From NCBI GenBank assembly GCA_964407865.1, contig CAYOXC010000001.1, forward strand, positions 109,642 through 173,641: a stretch of DNA of 64,000 nucleotides. Direction: 5' to 3'. The stretch is from an uncultured Gammaproteobacteria bacterium. Its GTDB lineage: Bacteria; Patescibacteriota; Patescibacteriia; Magasanikbacterales; GWA2-37-8. Positions 46,511 to 54,815 of the stretch are shown piece after piece. Position numbers and translations under genes: made by a program. The notes under the pieces are model-generated. The model was not told the origin of the DNA, did not search any database, and saw nothing but the letters and a program-made list of their open reading frames with translations. Positions within the stretch are counted from its first letter, which is position 1. Each line of letters starts with the position of its first letter.

Positions 46511-47362
46511 ATGGAGAATCTTCTTCTACCATCAAAAATTGATTTTCAAGAAGGTGATACGCCTTATAAAGGCACTGTTTCAATTAGTCCCTGTTACTAT
46601 GGCTATGGTACCACTTTGGGCAATGCTTTGCGCCGAGTGCTCCTGTCGTCATTGCCAGGCGCAGCTGTCGAAGCTTTTAAAATCATGGGCGTTCAGCACG
46701 AATTTACAACTGTTGATGGTATCAAGGAAGATGTGGTAGAGATCATGCTTAATTTAAAGCAATTAATTGTTAAAGTACACGCTGACGAACCTGTTGTGCT
46801 TAGTTTGAATAAAAAAGGTGTAGGCATTGTGACGGCAGCTGATTTTGACAAAAATTCAAGTGTTGAAATTATCAACCAGGACCAGGTTATATGCACCCTG
46901 ACTAACGACAAGCCGTTTGAGCTTGAAATTACCGTCGGGCGCGGTAGAGGTTTTAAAACTACAGAAGAAAAGGATCGAAGCGGTTATGATCTCGGTACGA
47001 TCGTTGTTGATTCTATTTATACCCCAATCAGAGATGTGGGATATTCTGTTGAATATACTCGTGTAGGCGATGTTACAAATTTTGAAAAATTAATTTTGTC
47101 TATTGAAACCAACGGTACGGTTACACCACGTCAGGCAGTACTTGAAGCAACCCAGATTTTAATGGACCATTTCACAATATTGTTTGATGAAGCAAAGGTT
47201 ACATCTTTTGATAATAAAAGCAAAAAAGGCAAGAAAGAAGATGAGGCAGAAGAAGATATGAAAAAAGACGAGCAAGAAGAAGGTGGTCAGGGTGAACCAG
47301 AAGAAGAAACCGAAGATAAACCAAAGGCAAAAAAGAAAGCAACAAAGAAAAAAACCAAGTAA
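46511..47362 (+). CDS. rpoA: DNA-directed RNA polymerase alpha subunit. It has the N-terminal domain only, with a charged low-complexity tail in place of the alpha-CTD.
   Basis: The alpha-NTD is conserved (GYGTTLGNALRRVLLSSLPGAA...). The protein is 283 aa and ends in KSKKGKKEDEAEEDMKKDEQEEGGQGEPEEETEDKPKAKKKATKKKTK. Confidence 0.85.
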   Translation: MENLLLPSKIDFQEGDTPYKGTVSISPCYYGYGTTLGNALRRVLLSSLPGAAVEAFKIMGVQHEFTTVDGIKEDVVEIMLNLKQLIVKVHADEPVVLSLNKKGVGIVTAADFDKNSSVEIINQDQVICTLTNDKPFELEITVGRGRGFKTTEEKDRSGYDLGTIVVDSIYTPIRDVGYSVEYTRVGDVTNFEKLILSIETNGTVTPRQAVLEATQILMDHFTILFDEAKVTSFDNKSKKGKKEDEAEEDMKKDEQEEGGQGEPEEETEDKPKAKKKATKKKTK

Positions 47363-47724
47363 TGATATATATGCGACACCAAAAGAGTAAAATTTCTAAG
47401 TTCAAAAGCACGGCTCACAAGAAATCCCTAGCTTCAAATTTGGCTGAGAGTTTGATTTTATATGAAAAAATCACTACCACCAAAACAAAAGCTAAAGCGA
47501 TTAAGTCTGTTGTTGATAAATTAATCACGATCGCAAAGAAAAATAATTTGGCTGCGCGTCGGGAATTGCTTAAAAGACTTCACACCAAGAATGCTGTTAA
47601 AAAGCTTATGGAGGTTCTTGGTCCGAGATACACAGAACGTCGAGGCGGTTACAGCCGTGTGACTTTAGTTTCTGGAAATAGGGTCGGTGACGCAGCTGAT
47701 AAGGCTGTAGTAGAACTCATTTAA
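47362..47724 (+). CDS. rplQ: 50S ribosomal protein L17.
   Basis: MRHQKSKISKFKSTAHKKSLASNLAESLILYEKITTT... An alternative start at 47371 is possible. Confidence 0.85.
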   Translation: MIYMRHQKSKISKFKSTAHKKSLASNLAESLILYEKITTTKTKAKAIKSVVDKLITIAKKNNLAARRELLKRLHTKNAVKKLMEVLGPRYTERRGGYSRVTLVSGNRVGDAADKAVVELI

Positions 47725-47742
47725 TAATTCTTTAGTGTATTT

Positions 47743-48099
47743 ATGCCTAGCAAGAGAAAGAAATTCGATATTGATGCAGCCGGTAAAACACCCGGACGTT
47801 TAGCGACTAAAATCGCTAAAATTTTAATCGGTAAGCATAAAGTTGGATATAGAACACATATTGATAGCGGTGATAAGGTTGTTGTGTCAAACATAAAAGA
47901 AATGATTTTAACAGGTAAGAAAATCGATCAAAAGGTTTATTACAAACACAGCATGCATCCGGGAGGTCTAAAAGCCATGCCGATAAAGAAATTAATGGCA
48001 GAGAAGCCAGATGAAGTACTAAGGCGCGCTGTGGAGAGAATGATACCAAAAAATAAATTAAGAACGCCTAGAATGCTTCGTCTGACATTTAAAAAGTAA
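47743..48099 (+). CDS. rplM: 50S ribosomal protein L13.
   Basis: ...GRLATKIAKILIGKHK...YKHSMHPGGLK... Confidence 0.9.
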   Translation: MPSKRKKFDIDAAGKTPGRLATKIAKILIGKHKVGYRTHIDSGDKVVVSNIKEMILTGKKIDQKVYYKHSMHPGGLKAMPIKKLMAEKPDEVLRRAVERMIPKNKLRTPRMLRLTFKK

Positions 48100-48104
48100 A
48101 ATCT

Positions 48105-48626
48105 ATGGTCACAAAGCCTATTACAAAGAAAGTTGTTAAAAAAACAACTAAAATCACCGAAACTAACAAATCGGCGGTTAAGACTGCTCCAAAAACGATT
48201 ATTAAAAAAGAAGTTAAGTCTGAGAATAAATCGACTAACGGAGAGATGAGCCGTGCAGTTGGACGCAGAAAGCGCGCTTCAGCTAGGGTTAGAATTAGCC
48301 GGGGTAGCGGTGAAATATCTGTAAACGGAGAAGATTTAAAAATTTACTTTCCCTTCTTTGCTTTACAGGAAATTGTCATATCTCCGCTAAAAGCCCTTGG
48401 AAAAGATAAAGATATTACTGTCTCTGTTAAAGTTGCTGGTGGTGGTAAAAAAGGTCAGGCCGAAGCGATTCGCCTAGGTATTGCCCGCGCCCTAGTTGGT
48501 TGGAATGAAGATTTTAAAAAATCGCTCAAAACTTTAGGTTTCTTAACCAGAGATGCAAGAAAGAAAGAACGAAAGAAATTCGGCTTAAAGAAAGCTCGCC
48601 GAGCCCCTCAATGGTCAAAACGGTAA
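48105..48626 (+). CDS. rpsI: 30S ribosomal protein S9 with a ~45-aa Lys/Thr-rich N-terminal extension.
   Basis: AVGRRKRASARVRISRGSG.ISVNG...and the ending KKARRAPQWSKR. The N-terminus is MVTKPITKKVVKKTTKITETNKSAVKTAPKTIIKKEVKSENK. Confidence 0.85.
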   Translation: MVTKPITKKVVKKTTKITETNKSAVKTAPKTIIKKEVKSENKSTNGEMSRAVGRRKRASARVRISRGSGEISVNGEDLKIYFPFFALQEIVISPLKALGKDKDITVSVKVAGGGKKGQAEAIRLGIARALVGWNEDFKKSLKTLGFLTRDARKKERKKFGLKKARRAPQWSKR

Positions 48627-48649
48627 AAAATCTTACACGCAAACTGCCA

Positions 48650-48677
48650 AACACCCTGAGATACGGGGTGTTTTTAG
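48650..48677 (+). terminator. Rho-independent terminator after rpsI.
   Basis: ACACCC-tgagatac-GGGGTGT followed by TTTTT. Confidence 0.65.
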
Positions 48678-48734
48678 TTTGAATAATAGCCGTAAAGATG
48701 ATATTATAGCCATAATATATGGAGAATAGTTATT

Positions 48735-48764
48735 TTATTTCTGGTAGTTGACATGCCGGGTATG
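48735..48764 (+). promoter_or_regulatory. Third copy (right-arm type only) of the start-codon-embedding motif, at the flippase gene.
   Basis: TTATTTCTGGTAGTTGACATGCCGGGTATG. GGAGAATAG at 48721-48729 and a TTGAAT-N17-TATTAT promoter-like pair at 48677-48705 lie upstream. Confidence 0.5.
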
Positions 48765-50225
48765 GTGTATTCAGTGGCAAAAAATACGTCGTTTTTAACG
48801 GCTGCATCAATAGGACAAAAGATTATTTCTTTTGTTTATTTTACAATTATCGCCAGAATTATTGGTGTTGAGAACACTGGTCAGTATTTTTTTGCGTTGA
48901 CATTTCAAAATATATTTGCCGTATTTGCTGATTTTGGAGTTGCCCAAGTGTTAACCAGAGAGATTTCTAAGTCGTCAGAAAAAACTCAGTCCATTTTTTC
49001 AACTGCTTTAGGCAGTAAATTTGTATTTGGCGGTGCAGCATATGTTGCGGTTGTGATTTTTGTAAATTTGCTTGGTTATTCTGATCAGATCAAAAATTTA
49101 ATTTATTTGGCGGGACTGACGATGTGGTTTGATAATTTTCATTCTTTATTTTACGCGGTTTTTAGAGCAAAGAGGAATTTATTTTTTGAATCAGCCGGAA
49201 TAGTTGGATCCCAGCTTTTAACATTATTAATTGGAACGATTGCTCTTATTTTTCGTTTACCGCTAATTTGGTTAATTGCTGCTTACACTATTCCAAGTTT
49301 TTTGAATATGATTTTTTCTGGATGCTTGGCGGTGAAATACCTTGGAATACGTATTCAAATGTCATTTAAGCAAATTCACTGGAAGGAATTTTTAGCCATG
49401 GCTTGGCCTTTTGCTCTGGCGGGTATTATTGGCAGGCTTTACGCTTATAGCGATAGTTTGCTTATGTCAAAAATGCTAGGAGAACGTGAGTTGGGCTGGT
49501 GGAGTGTGCCCTATAAGATAACCTTTGCTTTTCAATTTATACCCCTAGCTTTATCTGCCAGTGTTTATCCTGTTTTTAGTTCGCTTTGGCTCAGTGACAG
49601 AGCGGCTTTAGCAAAATTATTTGAAAAATCATGGCGGTATTTATTTACAATTGTTTTCCCTCTGTCAGCTGGAATTTTTGCCATTGCAGGGCCCTTTATA
49701 TCAACGGTTTATGGAGATAATTATTTACCTTCAATATTGCCGCTAAGGGTTTTGATGATAAGTCTTTTTTTCGGTTATTTATCTCTTCTTACCGGAGCAT
49801 TATTGAATGCTATTGGTCAGCAACGCAAACAGACATCTATTATGGCAGGTGCGCTTGTTATAAATTTGGCTCTTAATATCATGCTCATTCCCGCTGTTGG
49901 TATAGTCGGGGCGGCGATTTCTGCGCTGGTAAGCAATGTATTTATTTGGATTATTGGTTATGTGTTAATACAAAAATATATAGAATTTAACCATAAGACA
50001 ATATTTATATATGCCTTACGATCGTTTTTCCCCGCCATTATTATGGGTTTGCTGGTCTTCTTGCTTACTTTAAAAGTTAGTTTTATTTTAGCAATACCTA
50101 TTGGTATGGCAGTTTATTTCGTGTTAATGTTTGTAAGCGGAGGTTTATCCAAACAAATTATTTTAGAAGTTAAAAATAAGGTAATTGGAGAAAAAGCCTA
50201 TGAAAATATTGATCACCACACTTGA
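48753..50225 (+). CDS. Polysaccharide-biosynthesis flippase (MOP/Wzx/MurJ-like). The true start may be the second ATG at 48762.
   Basis: About 14 transmembrane helices with an N-terminus typical of Wzx-like transporters. Confidence 0.7.
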   Translation: MPGMVYSVAKNTSFLTAASIGQKIISFVYFTIIARIIGVENTGQYFFALTFQNIFAVFADFGVAQVLTREISKSSEKTQSIFSTALGSKFVFGGAAYVAVVIFVNLLGYSDQIKNLIYLAGLTMWFDNFHSLFYAVFRAKRNLFFESAGIVGSQLLTLLIGTIALIFRLPLIWLIAAYTIPSFLNMIFSGCLAVKYLGIRIQMSFKQIHWKEFLAMAWPFALAGIIGRLYAYSDSLLMSKMLGERELGWWSVPYKITFAFQFIPLALSASVYPVFSSLWLSDRAALAKLFEKSWRYLFTIVFPLSAGIFAIAGPFISTVYGDNYLPSILPLRVLMISLFFGYLSLLTGALLNAIGQQRKQTSIMAGALVINLALNIMLIPAVGIVGAAISALVSNVFIWIIGYVLIQKYIEFNHKTIFIYALRSFFPAIIMGLLVFLLTLKVSFILAIPIGMAVYFVLMFVSGGLSKQIILEVKNKVIGEKAYENIDHHT

Positions 50226-51312
50226 ATATCCGCCACAAATCGGAGGAATTGCTTCCTATGTTGTAAATTTAGCTAAACATTTGCCACCAGCAGACGTTGT
50301 GGTTTGGGCTCCTAAAATTCAGGGAGATAAAGAGGTTGACAGCAAGATGCCATGGAAGACCTATAGAGGAAAGCCTTATTCCATGTTTTTTTGGCCACGC
50401 TGGTTTCGTTGGTATCGAGAAGTAAAAGCGATATGCAAAAAGGAAAAGATTAACCTCTTATTTGTTCAACACGCCTTGCCCGGAGGGTATATTGGATATT
50501 TAATAAAAAAATTTCTAAAAATACCATATTGTGTTTTTCTTCATGGCAGTGATGTTGAAATTGGGCTTAGAAAAAAAATTCGCAAATTTGCCATAGTAAT
50601 GCGCCAGGCAAATAAGGTTATAGTTAACAGTAATTTTTTAAAAAATAAAATTGAATCTCGATTGGGAAAAATTCCAAATCTTATAGTTGTAAACCCGGCG
50701 CCTGGTGACCATTTTTTAAGCCAACCAGATCCAGCTAGAGTGAATTTACTAAAGAGCCAAATCGCCATCCAAGGAAAAAAAGTTATCATTTCTGTTGGTC
50801 GTTTTGACGAAGGAAAGGGCTTCCCGCATTTAATTAGAGTGATGAGAGGTGTGATTGAAAATGTGCCAAATGCCGTACTTTTATTAGTAGGCGATGGACC
50901 CAAGAAGCAAGAGCTTGTTAGTTTAATACAGAAACATGAATTGCAAAACAATATTCGGTTTTTGGGTAAGATAGACAATGATGCATTGCCCGAATATTTT
51001 TATGCTTCTGACTTATTTGTTTTATTGTCGCATCGTGACGAAAAAACTGAAGAGGGTTGGGGGACAGTTTATCTTGAAGCAGCAGCAGCATCTTTACCGG
51101 TTGTGGCCGGTGTTGTAGGTGGGGTAGAAGAAGCAGTTGAGCATTTAAAGACGGGTATATTGGTTGATGCTAGACAGGAAATTCAAGTAATAAACGTTAT
51201 TACTGAACTGTTAAAACAGCATGATTATGCCAGACAAATGGGTGTAGCTGGTAAAAACCGAGTAATTAATAATTTTACTTGGGAGAAACAGATAAAACTA
51301 ATACTTTCGTAA
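50200..51312 (+). CDS. GT4 glycosyltransferase.
   Basis: MKILITTLEYPPQIGGIASYV..., and EGWGTVYLEAAAASLPVVAG (E-x7-E). Confidence 0.75.
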   Translation: MKILITTLEYPPQIGGIASYVVNLAKHLPPADVVVWAPKIQGDKEVDSKMPWKTYRGKPYSMFFWPRWFRWYREVKAICKKEKINLLFVQHALPGGYIGYLIKKFLKIPYCVFLHGSDVEIGLRKKIRKFAIVMRQANKVIVNSNFLKNKIESRLGKIPNLIVVNPAPGDHFLSQPDPARVNLLKSQIAIQGKKVIISVGRFDEGKGFPHLIRVMRGVIENVPNAVLLLVGDGPKKQELVSLIQKHELQNNIRFLGKIDNDALPEYFYASDLFVLLSHRDEKTEEGWGTVYLEAAAASLPVVAGVVGGVEEAVEHLKTGILVDARQEIQVINVITELLKQHDYARQMGVAGKNRVINNFTWEKQIKLILS

Positions 51313-51321
51313 TTCTTATTT

Positions 51322-52032
51322 ATGAATGAGCTAGTAAGTATAATTATTCCAGTATATAATCATGCAGAGACTATTGTTTCTTCGCTTGCTTCAATTATTG
51401 AACAGACATACCGACCAATTGAAGTAATTATCGTTGACGACGGCAGTACTGATGATTTAGACTTTGTCATAAAGCCATATTTAGAGAAAATTAATAGTGA
51501 AGATATTTCATTTAAGTTAATAAAACAGATTAATGCTGGAGCGCCGGCGGCACGCAATAATGGCTATGAACATTCTAGTGGTCAGTATATAATTTTTTTT
51601 GATGCAGACACAGTAGCCAAGCCAGAAATGATTGAAAAATTGCATGATAAATTAGCAGTTACAAATTTTTCTTTTGCTTATTCTGCTTTTAAGTATGGTT
51701 TCAAAACATTTTTAAGCCGTGAATTTGATGCCTCAGAGCTTAAAAAGAACAACTATATTGATGTGAGCGCATTAATTCGCAGAGAAGATTTTCCTGGTTT
51801 TGACAGATCATTAAAAAGGTTTCAGGATTGGGATTTGTGGCTTAGTATGCTGGAAAAAAATAAAACTGGCATTTATTTGCCAGAAGTACTTTATCGAAAA
51901 ATTACGGGAGGACGTAGTGGAATGAGTAGATGGCTGCCGCGATTTTTTTATCATTTACCTTTTAAAACTAAGTCGGTTCGTAGTTATGAGAATTCTAAGA
52001 AGATTGTTCAAAAGAAGCATGGTTTAATTTAG
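51322..52032 (+). CDS. GT2 glycosyltransferase.
   Basis: VSIIIPVYNHAETIVSSLASIIEQTY...IIVDDGSTDD, and FDADT. Confidence 0.8.
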   Translation: MNELVSIIIPVYNHAETIVSSLASIIEQTYRPIEVIIVDDGSTDDLDFVIKPYLEKINSEDISFKLIKQINAGAPAARNNGYEHSSGQYIIFFDADTVAKPEMIEKLHDKLAVTNFSFAYSAFKYGFKTFLSREFDASELKKNNYIDVSALIRREDFPGFDRSLKRFQDWDLWLSMLEKNKTGIYLPEVLYRKITGGRSGMSRWLPRFFYHLPFKTKSVRSYENSKKIVQKKHGLI

Positions 52033-53407
52033 TTGATAAATAAATTAATAAAATTATCCCAAGAACGTGAAATAGAGCTGGAGAAGTAATATTGATTATA
52101 AGCAGTGCGATGATCAGTGAATAGGCAAGCGGCTTGTCAGAGCTGCTTTTTTTAATTTGCAATATAATCTCTCGAAGAACAATTAGCCACAGAATAAGTC
52201 CAACTAATCCCATTTCAGCTAATATTTCAAGATAACCCCAATCAAAGTGTGGAGTGGTGATAAATTGCTTAAAAACAGGACTGTAAACAGTTATGCTGGC
52301 TCCCAAACCAACACCAGAAATCGGTGAAAGAGTAATCGTTTTTATAATTTCAGGTAAGAGAAGCATCCTGGAGAGGGAACTTTCTTCAATCTGAGGCGAA
52401 GCGATACTGGAAAGCCGTAGCCCGAAGAATTCAAGCCCTAAACTAGAAAATCTTGTAGCCAATAAATGAAGAGCGGTAAAGGTCAATAAAAAAATAATAA
52501 ATGTTGCAATAAATGACATTATAGCTCTTTTAAAGTTATATTTTCTTATCAAAAATAAACCGCCGATAATAATTGCTAAAAAATATATCCGCGTTAAATT
52601 AATTGAATAAATAATGAGCAATGACATTAATATATAAACATTAATTATATCAATTTTATTTTTTATAATTTTATATAGATAGTAAATTATTGCTGGAGCA
52701 AGAAGTAAATGTTCGTTAAGAGTAATTCTGAAAAAACCGTTTTGCAGATCAGTAATTTTTCCCAAAGCAACATCACGAAACCAATGATAATAATTATCCT
52801 GAAGAATAAATAAATGAGAGCTAAAACCCGAAAAAGTAAATAAAATAAACAGGGCATTTCCGACAATAGCAACTAGTAGCATTGATGATAAGTGCTTTGA
52901 AAAATCTGAATCTTTCCAAAGTTCGAATAAAGGAAAATAATAAAAAAGAAAGAAGTAGGGTATGAGGTCTGAAAAAATTAGTCTAATCGGATGACCAGAG
53001 AAGTAGCCGACAAAGGATGAAATAATAGACCAAATAATTAGAATAATAATTGCACTAATTGAGTATTTGTTAATATTCCGTAAATATGTAAATTCCTTTT
53101 TATAAATTTTTTGACTAAAAAATACAGTTAAGCTGGCAGCCAAAAGAGCGGTTCTTAAAGCGACCGGTCCAACAGAAAGGTATCCGCCGCTTCCGCCAAG
53201 CAATATTTCGGCCACGACAATAAGCCAGCCCCGGATGTCATTACGCCAAATAAAATACACAGCACTGATTAAAACAGCTACTGATACAATCGTGTTAAGA
53301 AAATGTCCGGTTAGTAAGGGTGTCGGTGGAGTAAAGAAGTAAGAAAATATTTTTAATCCTACATAAATGAAGAAGTAAAAAATTATTTTTTTTAATTCAA
53401 TCTTCAT
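51995..53407 (-). CDS. O-antigen ligase/polymerase-like (Wzy-type) polytopic membrane protein.
   Basis: At least 11 transmembrane helices and a periplasmic-loop region typical of Wzy_C-family proteins. This is a weak family call. Confidence 0.55.
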   Translation of the reverse strand: MKIELKKIIFYFFIYVGLKIFSYFFTPPTPLLTGHFLNTIVSVAVLISAVYFIWRNDIRGWLIVVAEILLGGSGGYLSVGPVALRTALLAASLTVFFSQKIYKKEFTYLRNINKYSISAIIILIIWSIISSFVGYFSGHPIRLIFSDLIPYFFLFYYFPLFELWKDSDFSKHLSSMLLVAIVGNALFILFTFSGFSSHLFILQDNYYHWFRDVALGKITDLQNGFFRITLNEHLLLAPAIIYYLYKIIKNKIDIINVYILMSLLIIYSINLTRIYFLAIIIGGLFLIRKYNFKRAIMSFIATFIIFLLTFTALHLLATRFSSLGLEFFGLRLSSIASPQIEESSLSRMLLLPEIIKTITLSPISGVGLGASITVYSPVFKQFITTPHFDWGYLEILAEMGLVGLILWLIVLREIILQIKKSSSDKPLAYSLIIALLIINITSPALFHVLGIILLIYLSTKLNHASFEQSS

Positions 53408-53408
53408 A

Positions 53409-54329
53409 TTAACTTAAAAATTCACCATTTATAGATGCATGTCCGTTTATAAAGAGTTTTGCGGCCATATTGCTTTTAGACTGAAGTTGTAATTCTAGTA
53501 CCTCAATAGAAGTGCTTAATCCGCAGCCAATATAAATTTTATTATTCTCGAATAATATCTCACCCTGTTTTAAATTACTTTTTTCGGCTATTTCAATTTT
53601 AGTTAATTTTATGCGCTGATTTGCGTGAGAAGCCCAAATGCCTGGCCACGGCGTCATTGCACGCCAAAGATTGTATATTTGAGCGGAGTTTAAAGAAAAA
53701 TCAACATGACCATCGTCGCGTGATAAAAGCTTTGTGTATGTTGCCTTAGTATGATCCTGGTCATTAGCCGTAATTTGATTGTTAATCCAAAGAGGAGTTT
53801 TATCTAAAAAAATTTGAGAAGCAACGGGCGCTAATTTTTGAAATAAATCTGCCTGAGTATCGTTCTTTTCAATAGTAATAGTCTGAGTGGCAATAATTGG
53901 CCCGTGATCCATTTTTTTGTCGACCACCATCAAAGTTACACCAGTTTCAGTGTCGCCATTTTTTAAAGCTTCTTGTATCGGTGAAGCGCCTCTGTATTTA
54001 GGCAGAAGAGAAGTGTGAAGGTTTACAGTACCTTTTTTAGGAAGGCTTAGTAGGTTTTCCGGTATAATCAAACCGTATTCCGCAACTACTGCCAAGTCGG
54101 CACGAGTAAGTTCATTTATTTCAAAAAATTTTAAAGTTTCAGGTTGATAAATTTTTAGATTATACTGTTCAGCCACCGATTTAACCGGTGAGGACAAGCT
54201 TTCTCGTTTTCTACCAGTTTTTTTGTCGGGTTGAGTGATAACGGCTAATACATTATAATCGGCTTCAATAATTGCTTTTAATATAGCGGCAGAAAAATTT
54301 CCAGTACCGTAGTAAACTATGCTTATCAT
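53409..54329 (-). CDS. fmt: Methionyl-tRNA formyltransferase.
   Basis: NLHTSLLPKYRGASPIQ, with formyltransferase N-terminal and C-terminal domains. Confidence 0.9.
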   Translation of the reverse strand: MISIVYYGTGNFSAAILKAIIEADYNVLAVITQPDKKTGRKRESLSSPVKSVAEQYNLKIYQPETLKFFEINELTRADLAVVAEYGLIIPENLLSLPKKGTVNLHTSLLPKYRGASPIQEALKNGDTETGVTLMVVDKKMDHGPIIATQTITIEKNDTQADLFQKLAPVASQIFLDKTPLWINNQITANDQDHTKATYTKLLSRDDGHVDFSLNSAQIYNLWRAMTPWPGIWASHANQRIKLTKIEIAEKSNLKQGEILFENNKIYIGCGLSTSIEVLELQLQSKSNMAAKLFINGHASINGEFLS

Positions 54330-54814
54330 AATATGTAATTGTCTGCACGAATAATATCTTTTGCCTTATCAATAAACAGAATACCGTTTAAATGGTCGAC
54401 TTCGTGTTGAATGGCACGGGCAAAAAAATCATCGGCTTCAAATTGGGTTTTATTACCACGCGTATCAAGAGCTTCAACCATAATTTTATCATATCGTTGA
54501 ATTTTTCCTATTGTATTTGGCACAGACAAACAACCTTCTTCACCCCAAGTTCGTTTAGTTGCCTTTTTACGCCACACAGGATTAATGAGAACCAGGTCCA
54601 TCTTCTTATCTTTTGTAAATTTTTTAGCAATAACGCAAATTTGAATAGATTGTCCTACTTGTGGCGCGGCGATTCCAACCGCATCGCAAGCATACATTGT
54701 ATCAATCAGAGCATTGATAAATTGATTGAATTTTGCATTAGCAAAATCAGAAGATTTGACAAGTCTTCCTTTTTTTCTAAGAATTTGATTTGGTTCAGTT
54801 ACAATTTGTAGCAT
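54326..54814 (-). CDS. def: Peptide deformylase.
   Basis: GIAAPQVG, EGCLSVP and HEVDHLNG motifs. The likely start is the Met at 54814; the track ORF extends to 54865. Confidence 0.85.
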   Translation of the reverse strand: MLQIVTEPNQILRKKGRLVKSSDFANAKFNQFINALIDTMYACDAVGIAAPQVGQSIQICVIAKKFTKDKKMDLVLINPVWRKKATKRTWGEEGCLSVPNTIGKIQRYDKIMVEALDTRGNKTQFEADDFFARAIQHEVDHLNGILFIDKAKDIIRADNYIL

Positions 54815-54815
54815 A

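Noticed and set aside
48741-48756. TTGACA inside the start-codon motif, considered as a -35 box (and TTGATA / TTCATA in the other copies).
   Set aside because: The ATG follows within 12 nt, leaving no room for a -10 element and a transcript start. Better promoter-like boxes lie further upstream (48677-48705; ~44854).
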